Shown here one piece after another: positions 16,071-24,872 of a stretch of DNA of 32,000 nt. A model generated the notes under the pieces. It did not search any database and was not told where the DNA came from. It worked only from the letters and a program-made list of their open reading frames with translations. The position numbers were made by a program, and so were the translations under genes. The DNA is from an archaeon. Its GTDB lineage: Archaea > Iainarchaeota > Iainarchaeia > Iainarchaeales > JANQMZ01. The stretch covers positions 540,001 through 572,000 of the forward strand of contig JANQMZ010000007.1 of NCBI GenBank assembly GCA_028279805.1, read 5' to 3'. Numbering within the stretch: position 1 is the first letter of the stretch; each line of letters starts with the position of its first letter.

Positions 16071-17266
16071 TGTTTTTCCAGTGCTTCGAGTGCGGGCAAA
16101 CTTTCTCCTGCAAGGTATCTCAGTAATGCTTTTCCGGCAAGGCTTATGTGTGAAAATTCTTCCCTTTTAAAGCCAAGGCGTATTGATGCTGTAATTGTGT
16201 CCCCTCCACCTACAAAAGAAAAAGCTTCAGAATTTTTAATATTGAAAAGCATTTCTTTTGTTCCCCATGAAAACTGGTAATTTTCAAAACGCCCAAAAGG
16301 CCCGTTAAAAATAATTAATTCACAGTTTTTCAGAAGCAAAGAATATTCTTTTATCGTTTTTTCTCCGACATCAAAAATCATTTCTTTTACAGGCAATTCT
16401 GATAAAGGAATTTCTTTTCTTTCACCAATTGAAGAAATTGCAACATCGGCTGGGATGAAAATTTTTTTTTCAAATTTTTTTAAAATTTTTTTTAATTCAG
16501 GAATGTTTTTTGTATGATTTTTTTCTTTTAAATAAACCTCTTTTTCTCCAAGGGAAACTCCGCGGGCAATTAAGGCTAATTCTCCGATGATTCCTCCAAG
16601 TAAAACTTTTGAAACCTTGTTTTGGTTTAACATTTTTTGCATTATATGCATTGAATCTTTTGGTTTTCCCCCGCCTAAAATTAACGCGGTTTTGTCTTTT
16701 ACTTTTTCAAGATTTTCCAGTGCTTTTAATTCGTTTTCCAGCACGGGACCAACAAAGCTTGGCAGTAAAGGAATAAAGCCCACAACTGTTGCATGGCTTC
16801 TGTGTGCAACGCTTAAAGCATCCAAAACAAAAAAATCAGCATTGGAAGCAATTGATTTGATTGTTTTATTTTCAGAATGTTCTTCCGGTGAAAGTTTTTC
16901 AGTTTCAGAATCCAAAAAACGTGTATTATCAAGTAAAAGTATTTCTCCTTTTTTTAATTTTTTTATTTCCTGTGAATAATTCTGATTCCATTTTGAAAAG
17001 TTTATTTTTATTTTTAAAAGTTTTTTTAAAGCTTTTAAATGCTCCTGCAAATCAATAAAATCTTTTTTTCCTTTTCTTCCCTGATGGCTTAAAACAACAA
17101 GTTTTGCTCCTTTGTCTGACAAATGCTTGATTGTTTTGGTGTGTGCAATGATTTTAGGGCTTATTAAAAGTTTTCCGGCCTGAACAGATGAATTAATGTC
17201 AACTCGTAAAACAATGGTTTTATCCTTAACATTTGTGCTTGTAATGGTTTCAAATTTTTCAAGCAA
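16067..17266 (-). CDS. pgk: phosphoglycerate kinase (archaeal type)
   Basis: About 399 aa. Motifs: LRVDINSS, SHQGRKGK, GGGK, GGGDT. The start is placed at TTG 17266 (AGGTG-T6-TTG); the ORF-track GTG at 17275 lies inside the SD. Confidence 0.9.
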   Translation of the reverse strand: MLEKFETITSTNVKDKTIVLRVDINSSVQAGKLLISPKIIAHTKTIKHLSDKGAKLVVLSHQGRKGKKDFIDLQEHLKALKKLLKIKINFSKWNQNYSQEIKKLKKGEILLLDNTRFLDSETEKLSPEEHSENKTIKSIASNADFFVLDALSVAHRSHATVVGFIPLLPSFVGPVLENELKALENLEKVKDKTALILGGGKPKDSMHIMQKMLNQNKVSKVLLGGIIGELALIARGVSLGEKEVYLKEKNHTKNIPELKKILKKFEKKIFIPADVAISSIGERKEIPLSELPVKEMIFDVGEKTIKEYSLLLKNCELIIFNGPFGRFENYQFSWGTKEMLFNIKNSEAFSFVGGGDTITASIRLGFKREEFSHISLAGKALLRYLAGESLPALEALEKH

Positions 17267-17284
17267 AAAAAACACCTTTTAAAC
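17264..17284 (-). promoter_or_regulatory. translation-initiation cassette GTTTAAAAGGTGTTTTTTTTG (SD + T6 spacer + TTG)
   Basis: This is a 21-nt identical copy of the element at 25284-25304. Shorter versions occur at 14568-14580 (lrp) and 19045-19060 (AAAAGGTGTTTTTATG). Confidence 0.6.
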
Positions 17285-17295
17285 AATTAAAAACA

Positions 17296-18666
17296 TTAAA
17301 ACTTTAAATTTAAAGAAGAATCAACTGCTGAAAGCTTTTCTTTAACAGTTTTTTTTATTTTTTCAAGATTTTCAGGGGAATCAGCTTCAAACCTTAAAAC
17401 AAGCTCCGGAGCTGTATTAGATGCCCTGATTAAGCCCCAGCCGTTTGGAAAATTGATTCTCAGGCCGTCAATGTCAACTATTTCAAATTGTTCTGAAAAA
17501 AATTGTTTAGCTTTTTCAACAATTTTAAACTTGTTGTTATCATGGGATTTTATCCTTATTTCAGGTGAAGAAAAATATTTGGGAATATTGTCAACCAAAA
17601 CAGAAAAAGATTGTGATTGTTTTGATAATAATTCTATTAATCTTGCCCCTGCATATAAACCATCGTCAAAACCAAAATATTTGTCAGCAAAAAACATGTG
17701 TCCTGACATTTCTCCTGCCAGCGGAATTGAATCCTGTTTCATTTTCTTTTTAATGTTTGAATGGCCTGTTTTCCACATTATTGGCTTTCCTTGCAGATTT
17801 TCAATTTCATCAATTAAAGCTTTTGAACATTTAACTTCAAACAAAATTTTTGAATTTGGTTTTTGTTTTAAAACCTGTTTTGAAAATAAAGCCAGAAGAA
17901 TATCCCCGAAAACCATTCTTCCTTTTTCATCAACCGCCCCAATCCTGTCTCCATCGGCATCAAACGCAATTCCCAGATCAGCTTTTTCTTCCAAAACTTT
18001 TTTTTTCAAATCAGCAACATTTTCTTCAACAACAGGGTCAGGATGATGGTTTGGAAAAGAAGAATCTAAGTTACAATATAATTTGGTTACATCACAGCCA
18101 ATTTTTTCAAACAAGTCAGGTGCAATTAAGCCTGTGACGCCGTTGCCACAGTCAACAACAACTTTGAGTTTTTTTTCAGGCTTTATTTGTGAAACAATGT
18201 TTTCAGTGTATTCATTTAAAATGTTTTTTTCTTCAACTGAGCCTTTTCCCTCAACAAAGTTCAAGTTTTCTGCAAGTTTTCTTAATTCCTGAATTTCTTT
18301 TCCTGACAATGTTAATAAACCATTGCTTAATTTTAAACCGTTATATTCCTGGGGCAGATGGGAAGCTGTAACCATTATTCCGCCGTGAGCTGAAAAATGA
18401 TGAATTGCAAAATAATAAACAGGGGTTGGTACAACTCCTATGTCTATTACATCAAAACCTGATTCAGTGAAAGCTTTTGCAACGGAATCCCGGAACATTT
18501 TGGATGATGGCCTGTTATCCCTGCCGATTATTAATTTTGACGCGTTTTGTTTTTTCATAAAAAAAGAATAAGCTTTTGCAATCATTTCAACATTTTGCTT
18601 TGTTAAATCTTTTTCAGCTATGCCCCTGATATCATATTCTCTGAAAATTTCTTTAGGCAGATGCAT
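17296..18666 (-). CDS. phosphoglucomutase/phosphomannomutase family (alpha-D-phosphohexomutase)
   Basis: 456 aa. The phosphoserine loop is VTASHLPQEYNG (Leu replaces the usual Asn of TASHNP). The Mg site is AFDADGDR and the sugar loop is GEMSGH. Confidence 0.9.
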   Translation of the reverse strand: MHLPKEIFREYDIRGIAEKDLTKQNVEMIAKAYSFFMKKQNASKLIIGRDNRPSSKMFRDSVAKAFTESGFDVIDIGVVPTPVYYFAIHHFSAHGGIMVTASHLPQEYNGLKLSNGLLTLSGKEIQELRKLAENLNFVEGKGSVEEKNILNEYTENIVSQIKPEKKLKVVVDCGNGVTGLIAPDLFEKIGCDVTKLYCNLDSSFPNHHPDPVVEENVADLKKKVLEEKADLGIAFDADGDRIGAVDEKGRMVFGDILLALFSKQVLKQKPNSKILFEVKCSKALIDEIENLQGKPIMWKTGHSNIKKKMKQDSIPLAGEMSGHMFFADKYFGFDDGLYAGARLIELLSKQSQSFSVLVDNIPKYFSSPEIRIKSHDNNKFKIVEKAKQFFSEQFEIVDIDGLRINFPNGWGLIRASNTAPELVLRFEADSPENLEKIKKTVKEKLSAVDSSLNLKF

Positions 18667-18711
18667 GTTAAAATAAGTTAAAAGAATAATTTAAAGAAAT
18701 TGGTTCAAAGA

Positions 18712-19047
18712 TTATGATTGTTTAATTTGAGCCGCTTTTTCAAACAGTTTCCCTGCTTTTTCTTTTTCATTTAATTCTGAAAAAATTGTTGCAGCTCTTT
18801 CAAAAAAATCAGCAGCTGCTTCTTTATAATCCTGATTCAAATGCGTTTCAGCTATGTCCTCAAACATTTTTGCGCCTTCCTTTCTCTTGGTAAAACTGTT
18901 ATTGGATTTTCCCAAACGAATTGCGTTTTCTATGTCGGAATGGGTTTCTGCAATTGTTCTTATTGTTGGCCTGGTTGACGCTGGTTTTTGACCTGAATGT
19001 ATTCCTTTGCTTATATGCCTTTCACTTGGTTTCGGACCTTTTCCCAT
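18712..19047 (-). CDS. small hypothetical helical protein (IAETH-repeat, TPR/SNAP-like tail)
   Basis: 111 aa. A basic G/P/K-rich N-terminus is followed by RTIAETHSDIENAIRLG and EDIAETHLNQDYKEAAADFFERAATIFSEL..AGKLFEKAA. SD AAGGTG + T5 + ATG. Confidence 0.5.
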   Translation of the reverse strand: MGKGPKPSERHISKGIHSGQKPASTRPTIRTIAETHSDIENAIRLGKSNNSFTKRKEGAKMFEDIAETHLNQDYKEAAADFFERAATIFSELNEKEKAGKLFEKAAQIKQS

Positions 19048-19148
19048 AAAAACACCTTTTGCTTTTAATTAAAATAAAAAAAAGAATTACTTAAATGTTT
19101 CTGTGTTTTTTAAAAACCATTAAATAATTCTTTGATGTTATTGGCTTC

Positions 19149-20060
19149 ATGTTGGATGTTTTATGCATTGGAAATGTTACATTAGATGTTTTCATTGAAT
19201 TAGATAAACGCTTTAAAAAAGGCAAAAAACTTGTTTTTGATGAAGGAACCAAGATTGAAGCTAAAAGCATTAAATATGAAACCGGCGGCGGGGCAAACAA
19301 TTCAGCTGTTGCTTTAAAAAAATTAAACTGCAAAACAGGAATTTTTTCAATTGTGGGAAAAGACAAAAGCGCTCCTGTGATTCTGGACGAATTAAAAAAA
19401 AGCAAAATTAACACTGAACTGATTTTAAAAGACAAAAAACTGAAAACAAGTTATTCTGCAATTTTAACCGGTGCAAACGACAGAGTAATTTTAACCCATT
19501 CTGGGGCGATTAAAAAAATTAACAAAGTAATTTTGCCTTTAAACAAAATGAAAGCAAAATGGTTTCACATCAGTTCTTTTCATGTTCCGCCAAAAGCTTT
19601 AAGCAAAATAATAAATTTTGGCTATAAAAACAAAATAAAAATTGCATGGAATCCCGGCAACACAGAATTAAAACAGGGATTAAAAAAATTAAAACCTTTG
19701 TTAAAAAAAACAAATGTTTTGTTTTTAAATAAAAAAGAATCAGAAATTTTAACAAAAGAAAAAAATGTAAAAAAAGCATTAGAAAAACTTGGAAAGTTTT
19801 GTAAAATTGTTGTAATAACTTTGGGCAAAAATGGAGCAATTGCTTTTTCTGATGGAAACTTTTTTATCGGAAAAACTAAAAAAATTAAAAAACTGGATTC
19901 AACTGGTGCGGGGGATGCTTTTAATTCTGCTTTTAATGCGGCTTTAATTAAAAACAAATCAATTGACATTGCTTTGAAATGGGGAGTTAAAAACGCTCAA
20001 AGTGTTATCAGGTTTATTGGTGCAAAAAACAGGCTTTTAACATTAAAAGAAATTAAATAA
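19149..20060 (+). CDS. PfkB-family carbohydrate/nucleoside kinase (ribokinase-like)
   Basis: 303 aa. MLDVLCIGNVTLDVF.., GGGANNSAVAL, and the C-terminal DSTGAGDAFNSAF signature. Confidence 0.8.
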   Translation: MLDVLCIGNVTLDVFIELDKRFKKGKKLVFDEGTKIEAKSIKYETGGGANNSAVALKKLNCKTGIFSIVGKDKSAPVILDELKKSKINTELILKDKKLKTSYSAILTGANDRVILTHSGAIKKINKVILPLNKMKAKWFHISSFHVPPKALSKIINFGYKNKIKIAWNPGNTELKQGLKKLKPLLKKTNVLFLNKKESEILTKEKNVKKALEKLGKFCKIVVITLGKNGAIAFSDGNFFIGKTKKIKKLDSTGAGDAFNSAFNAALIKNKSIDIALKWGVKNAQSVIRFIGAKNRLLTLKEIK

Positions 20061-20852
20061 AAAAATTGAATTCAAAAGGTTTAACAAAAAAAGCAAAACA
20101 GTCCTTTGTTTAAACCATAAAACACCTGAAGCAAAAGCAAGTTTTGGCTCAATCTGAACAGTAAAAGAATGTTTTTTTGAATTGCTTAAAGCCAGAATTT
20201 CAAGCTTTTCTGAATTTGCAGGAATTTTAACAAAAAAATTAACAATTTTTCTTGCCCTGGGCTGAACAGTTGTCTGGGTTGAAAAAAATATGTCCTGATT
20301 TTGAGGTGCAAAAATAAACATTTCCTGAATTTCATCAGTTCTGTTGGCAATGCTTAAAGAACCTGATACAACATTTTCCTTTAAGCCTGAAGGATGCTTA
20401 ACAACAGAAAAAAGCATGCTTCCCGTTTCATCAAAAAAAACAGGTTTCATTGAAAAATTTTCAGAATAATTTAATTTTTTTGAAATTGTTTTATTTTCAT
20501 TAAAATAGTCAACAGTTAAAAGTAATGAAACTGAACTGTCTGAAAAAAAAGATTTGTCCACAAAAGCACTGATTTTTTGAATATCATTTAATTCTATTAA
20601 TTTTTCAGGCAAAAAAACTGTTTTTTCCTCATTTTCTGATAAAATGTGCAAAACCGGTTTGACAATTGTTACCGTGTTGCCGTTGTTTTTAAGATAAAAA
20701 TCTGTTTGTAAAACATTTTGAACCGGTTCTGAAACTGAAAAATTTTGAACAGAAACATTAAGATTTGTTTTAATGTCAACTTTTATGTTTGCATTTGAAA
20801 AAACATTCAGAAAGAAAAAAACAAAAAACAAAAAAATGAAAATTTTTTTCAT
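20043..20852 (-). CDS. secreted two-module beta-sandwich protein with C-terminal TM anchor
   Basis: I prefer the start at ATG 20852 (MKKIFIFLFFVFFFLNVFS|NAN, with AGGT 7 nt upstream) over the track start at 20915. The C-terminal hydrophobic end is VLLFLLNLLNSIFLFNFF. The gene lies 4 nt after the upstream gene's stop. Confidence 0.6.
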   Translation of the reverse strand: MKKIFIFLFFVFFFLNVFSNANIKVDIKTNLNVSVQNFSVSEPVQNVLQTDFYLKNNGNTVTIVKPVLHILSENEEKTVFLPEKLIELNDIQKISAFVDKSFFSDSSVSLLLTVDYFNENKTISKKLNYSENFSMKPVFFDETGSMLFSVVKHPSGLKENVVSGSLSIANRTDEIQEMFIFAPQNQDIFFSTQTTVQPRARKIVNFFVKIPANSEKLEILALSNSKKHSFTVQIEPKLAFASGVLWFKQRTVLLFLLNLLNSIFLFNFF

Positions 20853-20856
20853 AAAA

Positions 20857-21252
20857 TTACCTGCATTTAACAAATACAAAAACATTTCCCAAATAATGCT
20901 TTTTCCGGGCATCAAAAGGAACCTTTAATGTTATTTCAAATTCTTCTGATTCAAAACTTTTAATTGTTTTGGGGTCGGGAACAAAAAGCCATCTGGAAGC
21001 TTCTCCATCCGAAGAGAGGCTGAAAGAACATGTTTTTTCATTGGTGTTTGTTAAAGTTAAAAATCTTGTAACACTTGAACCCGGGCCGACAGAACCAAAA
21101 TTTAAAGCATTAGTATCAACATTTGGCCCGATATCATGGGGTTCAACAACATTAAAATTGTATGAAATCGTTTCAGAGGGTTTGGAAAGACAGCCTGAAA
21201 ACATTAAAAAAAATGAAAAAATTATTACAATAACGGCTTTTTTGGCAACCAT
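20857..21252 (-). CDS. small lipobox-type surface protein with single PapD/MSP/ASH-like beta-sandwich
   Basis: 131 aa. The signal ends in MFSGC. The pattern LNFGSVGPGSSVTRFLTLTNTNEKTCSFSLS...WLFVPDPKTIKSFESEEFEITLKVPFD is typical of ASH/PapD-like Ig folds. Confidence 0.55.
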   Translation of the reverse strand: MVAKKAVIVIIFSFFLMFSGCLSKPSETISYNFNVVEPHDIGPNVDTNALNFGSVGPGSSVTRFLTLTNTNEKTCSFSLSSDGEASRWLFVPDPKTIKSFESEEFEITLKVPFDARKKHYLGNVFVFVKCR

Positions 21253-21291
21253 AAAACCTAAAATTGTTCAAAAAAGCTTTAATTAATACTC

Positions 21292-22329
21292 TTAAATTAA
21301 GAATCCTAGAATTCTTCTCAAAAAATGGATAATCAGAAAAATTGATGCCAGTGAAAAAACAGAAAAAACAATCGGAGGCAGGTTGAAAGGAGCGTTGTCC
21401 TGCAAAGGCAAATAAATGCATTCCCCGTCAAAACAACTTAATCCCGGGCCGCAGGGAGTCAAGTTAGGGACAATTTTATGAATGCAGTTTCCGAAAGAAC
21501 ATGAATCTGTTGTACAAAGGTTTGAATCATCACAGTTAACATTTGTGCATAAAATTTTGTTAATAAGATTTTCATCAAAAACAAATTCTTTCATTGTAGC
21601 AGGCAAAACGTTTTCCAGCAACAATTTTTCATCAATTTTTTGTTCAATAAAATATTTTATTTCAAGCTTTTCTTTTGGTTTAACATTTTCAATTCTGAAT
21701 CCGAAAAAATCGTCAAGCAAAAAAAGTTTTTTATCTGCTTTAACTTTATAAATGTTAATAAAAGATTCAAGTTTTTCAGCTATTTCTATTTTGCCGGTGT
21801 TTTTGTTTGAAAAATTTGACAATGTTAAGGAAAAAATAGTTTTGTAAGATTTTGTTCCGGAATCATCAGTTTCAATAATTTTAATATTTTTTAAAAGAGT
21901 TAAACTGTTTTCAGAATCAATTGTTCTTGCAATTCCGTGAACAAAAGGAATTTCAATTTGTTCAAACAAATTCAAAAGATTTTCATAGGGAAGCGATTTT
22001 GAAACATTGTGGTCAAAAATAATATTCATATCCGGAATACTTTCATCTATTTCGGGAAAAACCAAAAGGCACTGGCATGAAAAGCATTCATAATTTTCAG
22101 AACACTGATTGTCAAACTCGCATTCCTCTTTTTGGTTAATGTAGCCGTTGCCGCACAAATATCTTTTGATTATGGCATAACTTGCATCCGGAGTTGAAGT
22201 TGTATCACCTGACCCTGAAGCTGAATCGTTTATTTCAATGGTTACAGAGCCCGAATCGCTGGATTCTGCAAAAACAGAGGGAACAAGCAAAAAAATGCTT
22301 AAAATTAAAAAAAATTTAAAAAATTTCAT
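21292..22329 (-). CDS. Cys-rich surface protein with C-terminal TM anchor; N-terminus shares the ESSDxGxVxxEIN motif
   Basis: 345 aa. Signal: MKFFKFFLILSIFLLVPSVFA|ESSDSGSVTIEIND. An EGF-like cluster is CGNGYINQKEECEFDNQCSENYECFSCQC. A CxDxNxCTxDxC-type repeat is CTNVNCDDSNLCTTDSCSFGNCIHKIVPNLTPCGPGLSCFDGEC. The C-terminal TM is followed by RRILGFLI. Confidence 0.6.
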   Translation of the reverse strand: MKFFKFFLILSIFLLVPSVFAESSDSGSVTIEINDSASGSGDTTSTPDASYAIIKRYLCGNGYINQKEECEFDNQCSENYECFSCQCLLVFPEIDESIPDMNIIFDHNVSKSLPYENLLNLFEQIEIPFVHGIARTIDSENSLTLLKNIKIIETDDSGTKSYKTIFSLTLSNFSNKNTGKIEIAEKLESFINIYKVKADKKLFLLDDFFGFRIENVKPKEKLEIKYFIEQKIDEKLLLENVLPATMKEFVFDENLINKILCTNVNCDDSNLCTTDSCSFGNCIHKIVPNLTPCGPGLSCFDGECIYLPLQDNAPFNLPPIVFSVFSLASIFLIIHFLRRILGFLI

Positions 22330-22365
22330 TTAAAAATAAAGTTGTGAATTTTTATTAATAAATCT

Positions 22366-24156
22366 TTATTTTTTGGATTTTTCTTTGTTTTTGGCGGATT
22401 TGAGCTTTTCAACTTCTTTCAGTTCTTTTCTAAGGTTTTTCATTACAAGTTCAAAAGATTCTTTGTTTATTTTGCCTTCAATATGCTGTTTTGTCAAACT
22501 GTTTATTCTTGCAAGAATATCATCTTCAACAAGTTTTAACTGTGACTCCGCTTTGTTTGAAACTTTTTTTGTTTTAAGATGTTTTTTTGATTCTTTTTCA
22601 AATTGTTTCTGTGTTGCCTGTGATTCATTTTCATTGATTTCTTTTTCAGGTTTCTGGGATGTTTGACCTGTTTCAATTTGAATTTTAATTTTTTCAAGAA
22701 AAGATTTCTGGGATAAGACAAGCAATAAAAGCTCGTCAATTTTTGAAACATGGTTTGTTACATTGTACAATTGTTTGTAAGTTTTTTGGCTTTTCTTTTT
22801 AATTTTTTTCAAATCTTTTTCCTGTTTTTTCAAAAAAGATTTTATTATTAAAAGAGTTGCAGTTGTTTTGTCTAATTCCAAAATTTTTTCATTTAATTCC
22901 TCAAAGTCAATGAAAGAATTTGGCTCTGCTGGCACAGGCTGGACAACTTTTTTTGGCGAAGGTTTCGGCAATACTGATAATAATTTATTTCTCTGGGTGA
23001 ACAGAATTATCAGCAAAAATAAGAATAATCCTGCCAGAATCAAGTTTGAATCAAAAGAAAAAGGGGATGATTGTGAAACAATGATGTTTGTTTCAAAAAC
23101 TGATGATTCTTCATTAACATTTATTGTTGCCTTAAGCTTGTAAGTTTTTGGCTCAATGTTCTGCAGGTTAAAAAAAGCTTCAAGTGTTTTTATTTCAAAA
23201 GGATCAAAATTTAGTGCATTGGTGCGGTCAGAAACAATTATTTGGCCTGTTTCAATATCAATCAATTGTACATCTGCTGCAACATTTTCAATTGTTTGAC
23301 CCCACTTGCTTTCAGCTTCAATAAAAACATTGTTTATTGTTCCCGCGGTTAAAAACTCGTTTATTATTTTATTAATTTGAACAGTTTTCAAGCCAATCTG
23401 CAGGTTTTGCAAGGACTCAAGTGTTTGCAAATCATCATATAAAACAAGTATTTTTGCTTTATAATTTCCGGAATCATATTCTGAACCGTTAAAAAAAACT
23501 TCAATTGTTCTTATTTCATCAGGGGTAATTTGTTTTTCCTGGTTTGAAAAAATTGTTTCAAGATATTTATCCTTAAAATCAAAAATGTCAATTTTTGTTT
23601 TAGCATTGTTAATTGTTTCAAGCCCGAGGTTCCAGAAATCCACTGAAAATTTTACCTGTCCTGCGTCAAGAGAATCATTTATTCTTATTGAACGAATCTC
23701 CCCGAATTTTCCCGGAAAAGGTGAAACAACAAAAACCTGAAACAAAGAAACACTTTTTGTTCCGATTCCTTCACCCGGTTTTGTTTGAGGTTCAACTCTT
23801 AGTGTAGCGCGGTGTTTTCCGGATTCAAATTCTTCAGGCATGTTAATAGTGTAAAAAACTTTGATTCTTTCCCTGGGCTTTAACTCAAAACTTTTCACAT
23901 CCAAATTAATGTATTGCCCCAAATCGGAAACATAACCGCTGAAGCCGCCGACACGCTGGTTGGTATCAGGAACAACTGAAACATTAATTGTTCTGGTTTC
24001 ATTGGTTCTTGAAACAATTTCAAAAAAATTTGACTTGGCTTCTCCTGATTCAAAATCAACATAATGCAAACCGGGAGAAATTCCATAATTAAAGGAGAAT
24101 ACATTTAAGGATAAAATTATTAAAAAAATTGCAACAAAAAAAAATTTTTTAAACAA
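22366..24156 (-). CDS. bitopic surface protein: signal peptide, three CARDB/NEW3-like beta-sandwich modules, TM, ~200-aa cytoplasmic K/E coiled coil
   Basis: 596 aa. A TTG start is preceded by AGGGGCGA. The ectodomain includes ..RTINVSVVPD..LKPRERIKVFYTINMPEEFESGKHRATLRVE.. The TM LILAGLFLFLLIILF lies near aa 375. The tail is rich in K, E and Q. Confidence 0.6.
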   Translation of the reverse strand: MFKKFFFVAIFLIILSLNVFSFNYGISPGLHYVDFESGEAKSNFFEIVSRTNETRTINVSVVPDTNQRVGGFSGYVSDLGQYINLDVKSFELKPRERIKVFYTINMPEEFESGKHRATLRVEPQTKPGEGIGTKSVSLFQVFVVSPFPGKFGEIRSIRINDSLDAGQVKFSVDFWNLGLETINNAKTKIDIFDFKDKYLETIFSNQEKQITPDEIRTIEVFFNGSEYDSGNYKAKILVLYDDLQTLESLQNLQIGLKTVQINKIINEFLTAGTINNVFIEAESKWGQTIENVAADVQLIDIETGQIIVSDRTNALNFDPFEIKTLEAFFNLQNIEPKTYKLKATINVNEESSVFETNIIVSQSSPFSFDSNLILAGLFLFLLIILFTQRNKLLSVLPKPSPKKVVQPVPAEPNSFIDFEELNEKILELDKTTATLLIIKSFLKKQEKDLKKIKKKSQKTYKQLYNVTNHVSKIDELLLLVLSQKSFLEKIKIQIETGQTSQKPEKEINENESQATQKQFEKESKKHLKTKKVSNKAESQLKLVEDDILARINSLTKQHIEGKINKESFELVMKNLRKELKEVEKLKSAKNKEKSKK

Positions 24157-24284
24157 TTATGATTCGCCCCTTTGTGCTTTGAGAATAGAAAGAATGAAAT
24201 AGCTTATAATTTTAACCAAAACAATAAAAACATTTAAATAGTGAAAATATCATAAAATACTGATTAAAACAGGGGAACACTATT

Positions 24285-24869
24285 ATGAACAAAAAGATTC
24301 TGTTGCTGGGAGTCACAATTCTTATTATTCTGGGAATAATTGTGCCATACGCCATTTCAGAATCATCTGATACGGGAACAGTTAATGTTGAAATTAATGC
24401 AACCGTTACAATAGATGTTGATAATAGTCCGATGGCTTTTGCTTTGGATCCGGGGCTTGGAGACCAGAACGGGTCAAGCGACATACCTTTTAGAATTGTG
24501 AATACAGGCTCAGTTGATATTGATGTTTCAACATGTGCAGGACGTTTGCACTGGAAAGCGGATGCCAATGACACAAATTATTACAGGTGGATGATGGACC
24601 AGAATGAAGCAAGTTCCTGTACAAGCATTAGAGGCGGCATAAGTGACAAAAACTGGGTTGACTTTAACATAACAGACACTTCAGATGCAAGCGGGACTGT
24701 TTGCACAGGATTACAGTTTGAAAACTCAACTGATTCAATAAATGTTGGAATTTTTATAAGCTCTCCTTCAGGAGAACCTGACACAACAAGTTTGTCATCA
24801 ACTGTTACATTTTATGTTGCACAGGATTCAGGTGCCGGAGACCAGTCACTGCAAGCTAATTGTAATTAA
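24285..24869 (+). CDS. small secreted, unanchored protein; candidate fibre subunit (TasA/camelysin-like by analogy only)
   Basis: 194 aa. SD AGGGGAA. Signal: MNKKILLLGVTILIILGIIVPYAIS|ESSDTGTVNVEINATVTIDVDNSP. The protein is Ser/Thr/Asp/Asn-rich with several N-x-S/T sequons, 4 Cys and no TM anchor. Confidence 0.6.
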   Translation: MNKKILLLGVTILIILGIIVPYAISESSDTGTVNVEINATVTIDVDNSPMAFALDPGLGDQNGSSDIPFRIVNTGSVDIDVSTCAGRLHWKADANDTNYYRWMMDQNEASSCTSIRGGISDKNWVDFNITDTSDASGTVCTGLQFENSTDSINVGIFISSPSGEPDTTSLSSTVTFYVAQDSGAGDQSLQANCN

Positions 24870-24872
24870 AAA

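Noticed and set aside
10259-19969. ORF-track entries 10259-10504(-), 10550-10867(-), 12616-12804(+), 12818-13024(-), 13617-13988(+), 14212-14400(+), 15703-15921(-), 16587-17058(+), 17453-18371(+, several), 19091-19435(-), 19570-19969(-)
   Set aside because: They are antisense or out of frame relative to recognisable genes (surface protein, PRC barrel, NFACT-N, lrp, glnA, pgk, PGM, PfkB). Their composition is typical of non-coding frames.
10263-24156. PGF-CTERM/archaeosortase-type or sortase-type sorting signals on the C-terminally anchored surface proteins
   Set aside because: The C-terminal TM segments are not preceded by PGF, PEF or LPxTG-like motifs, so they look like plain TM anchors with basic tails.
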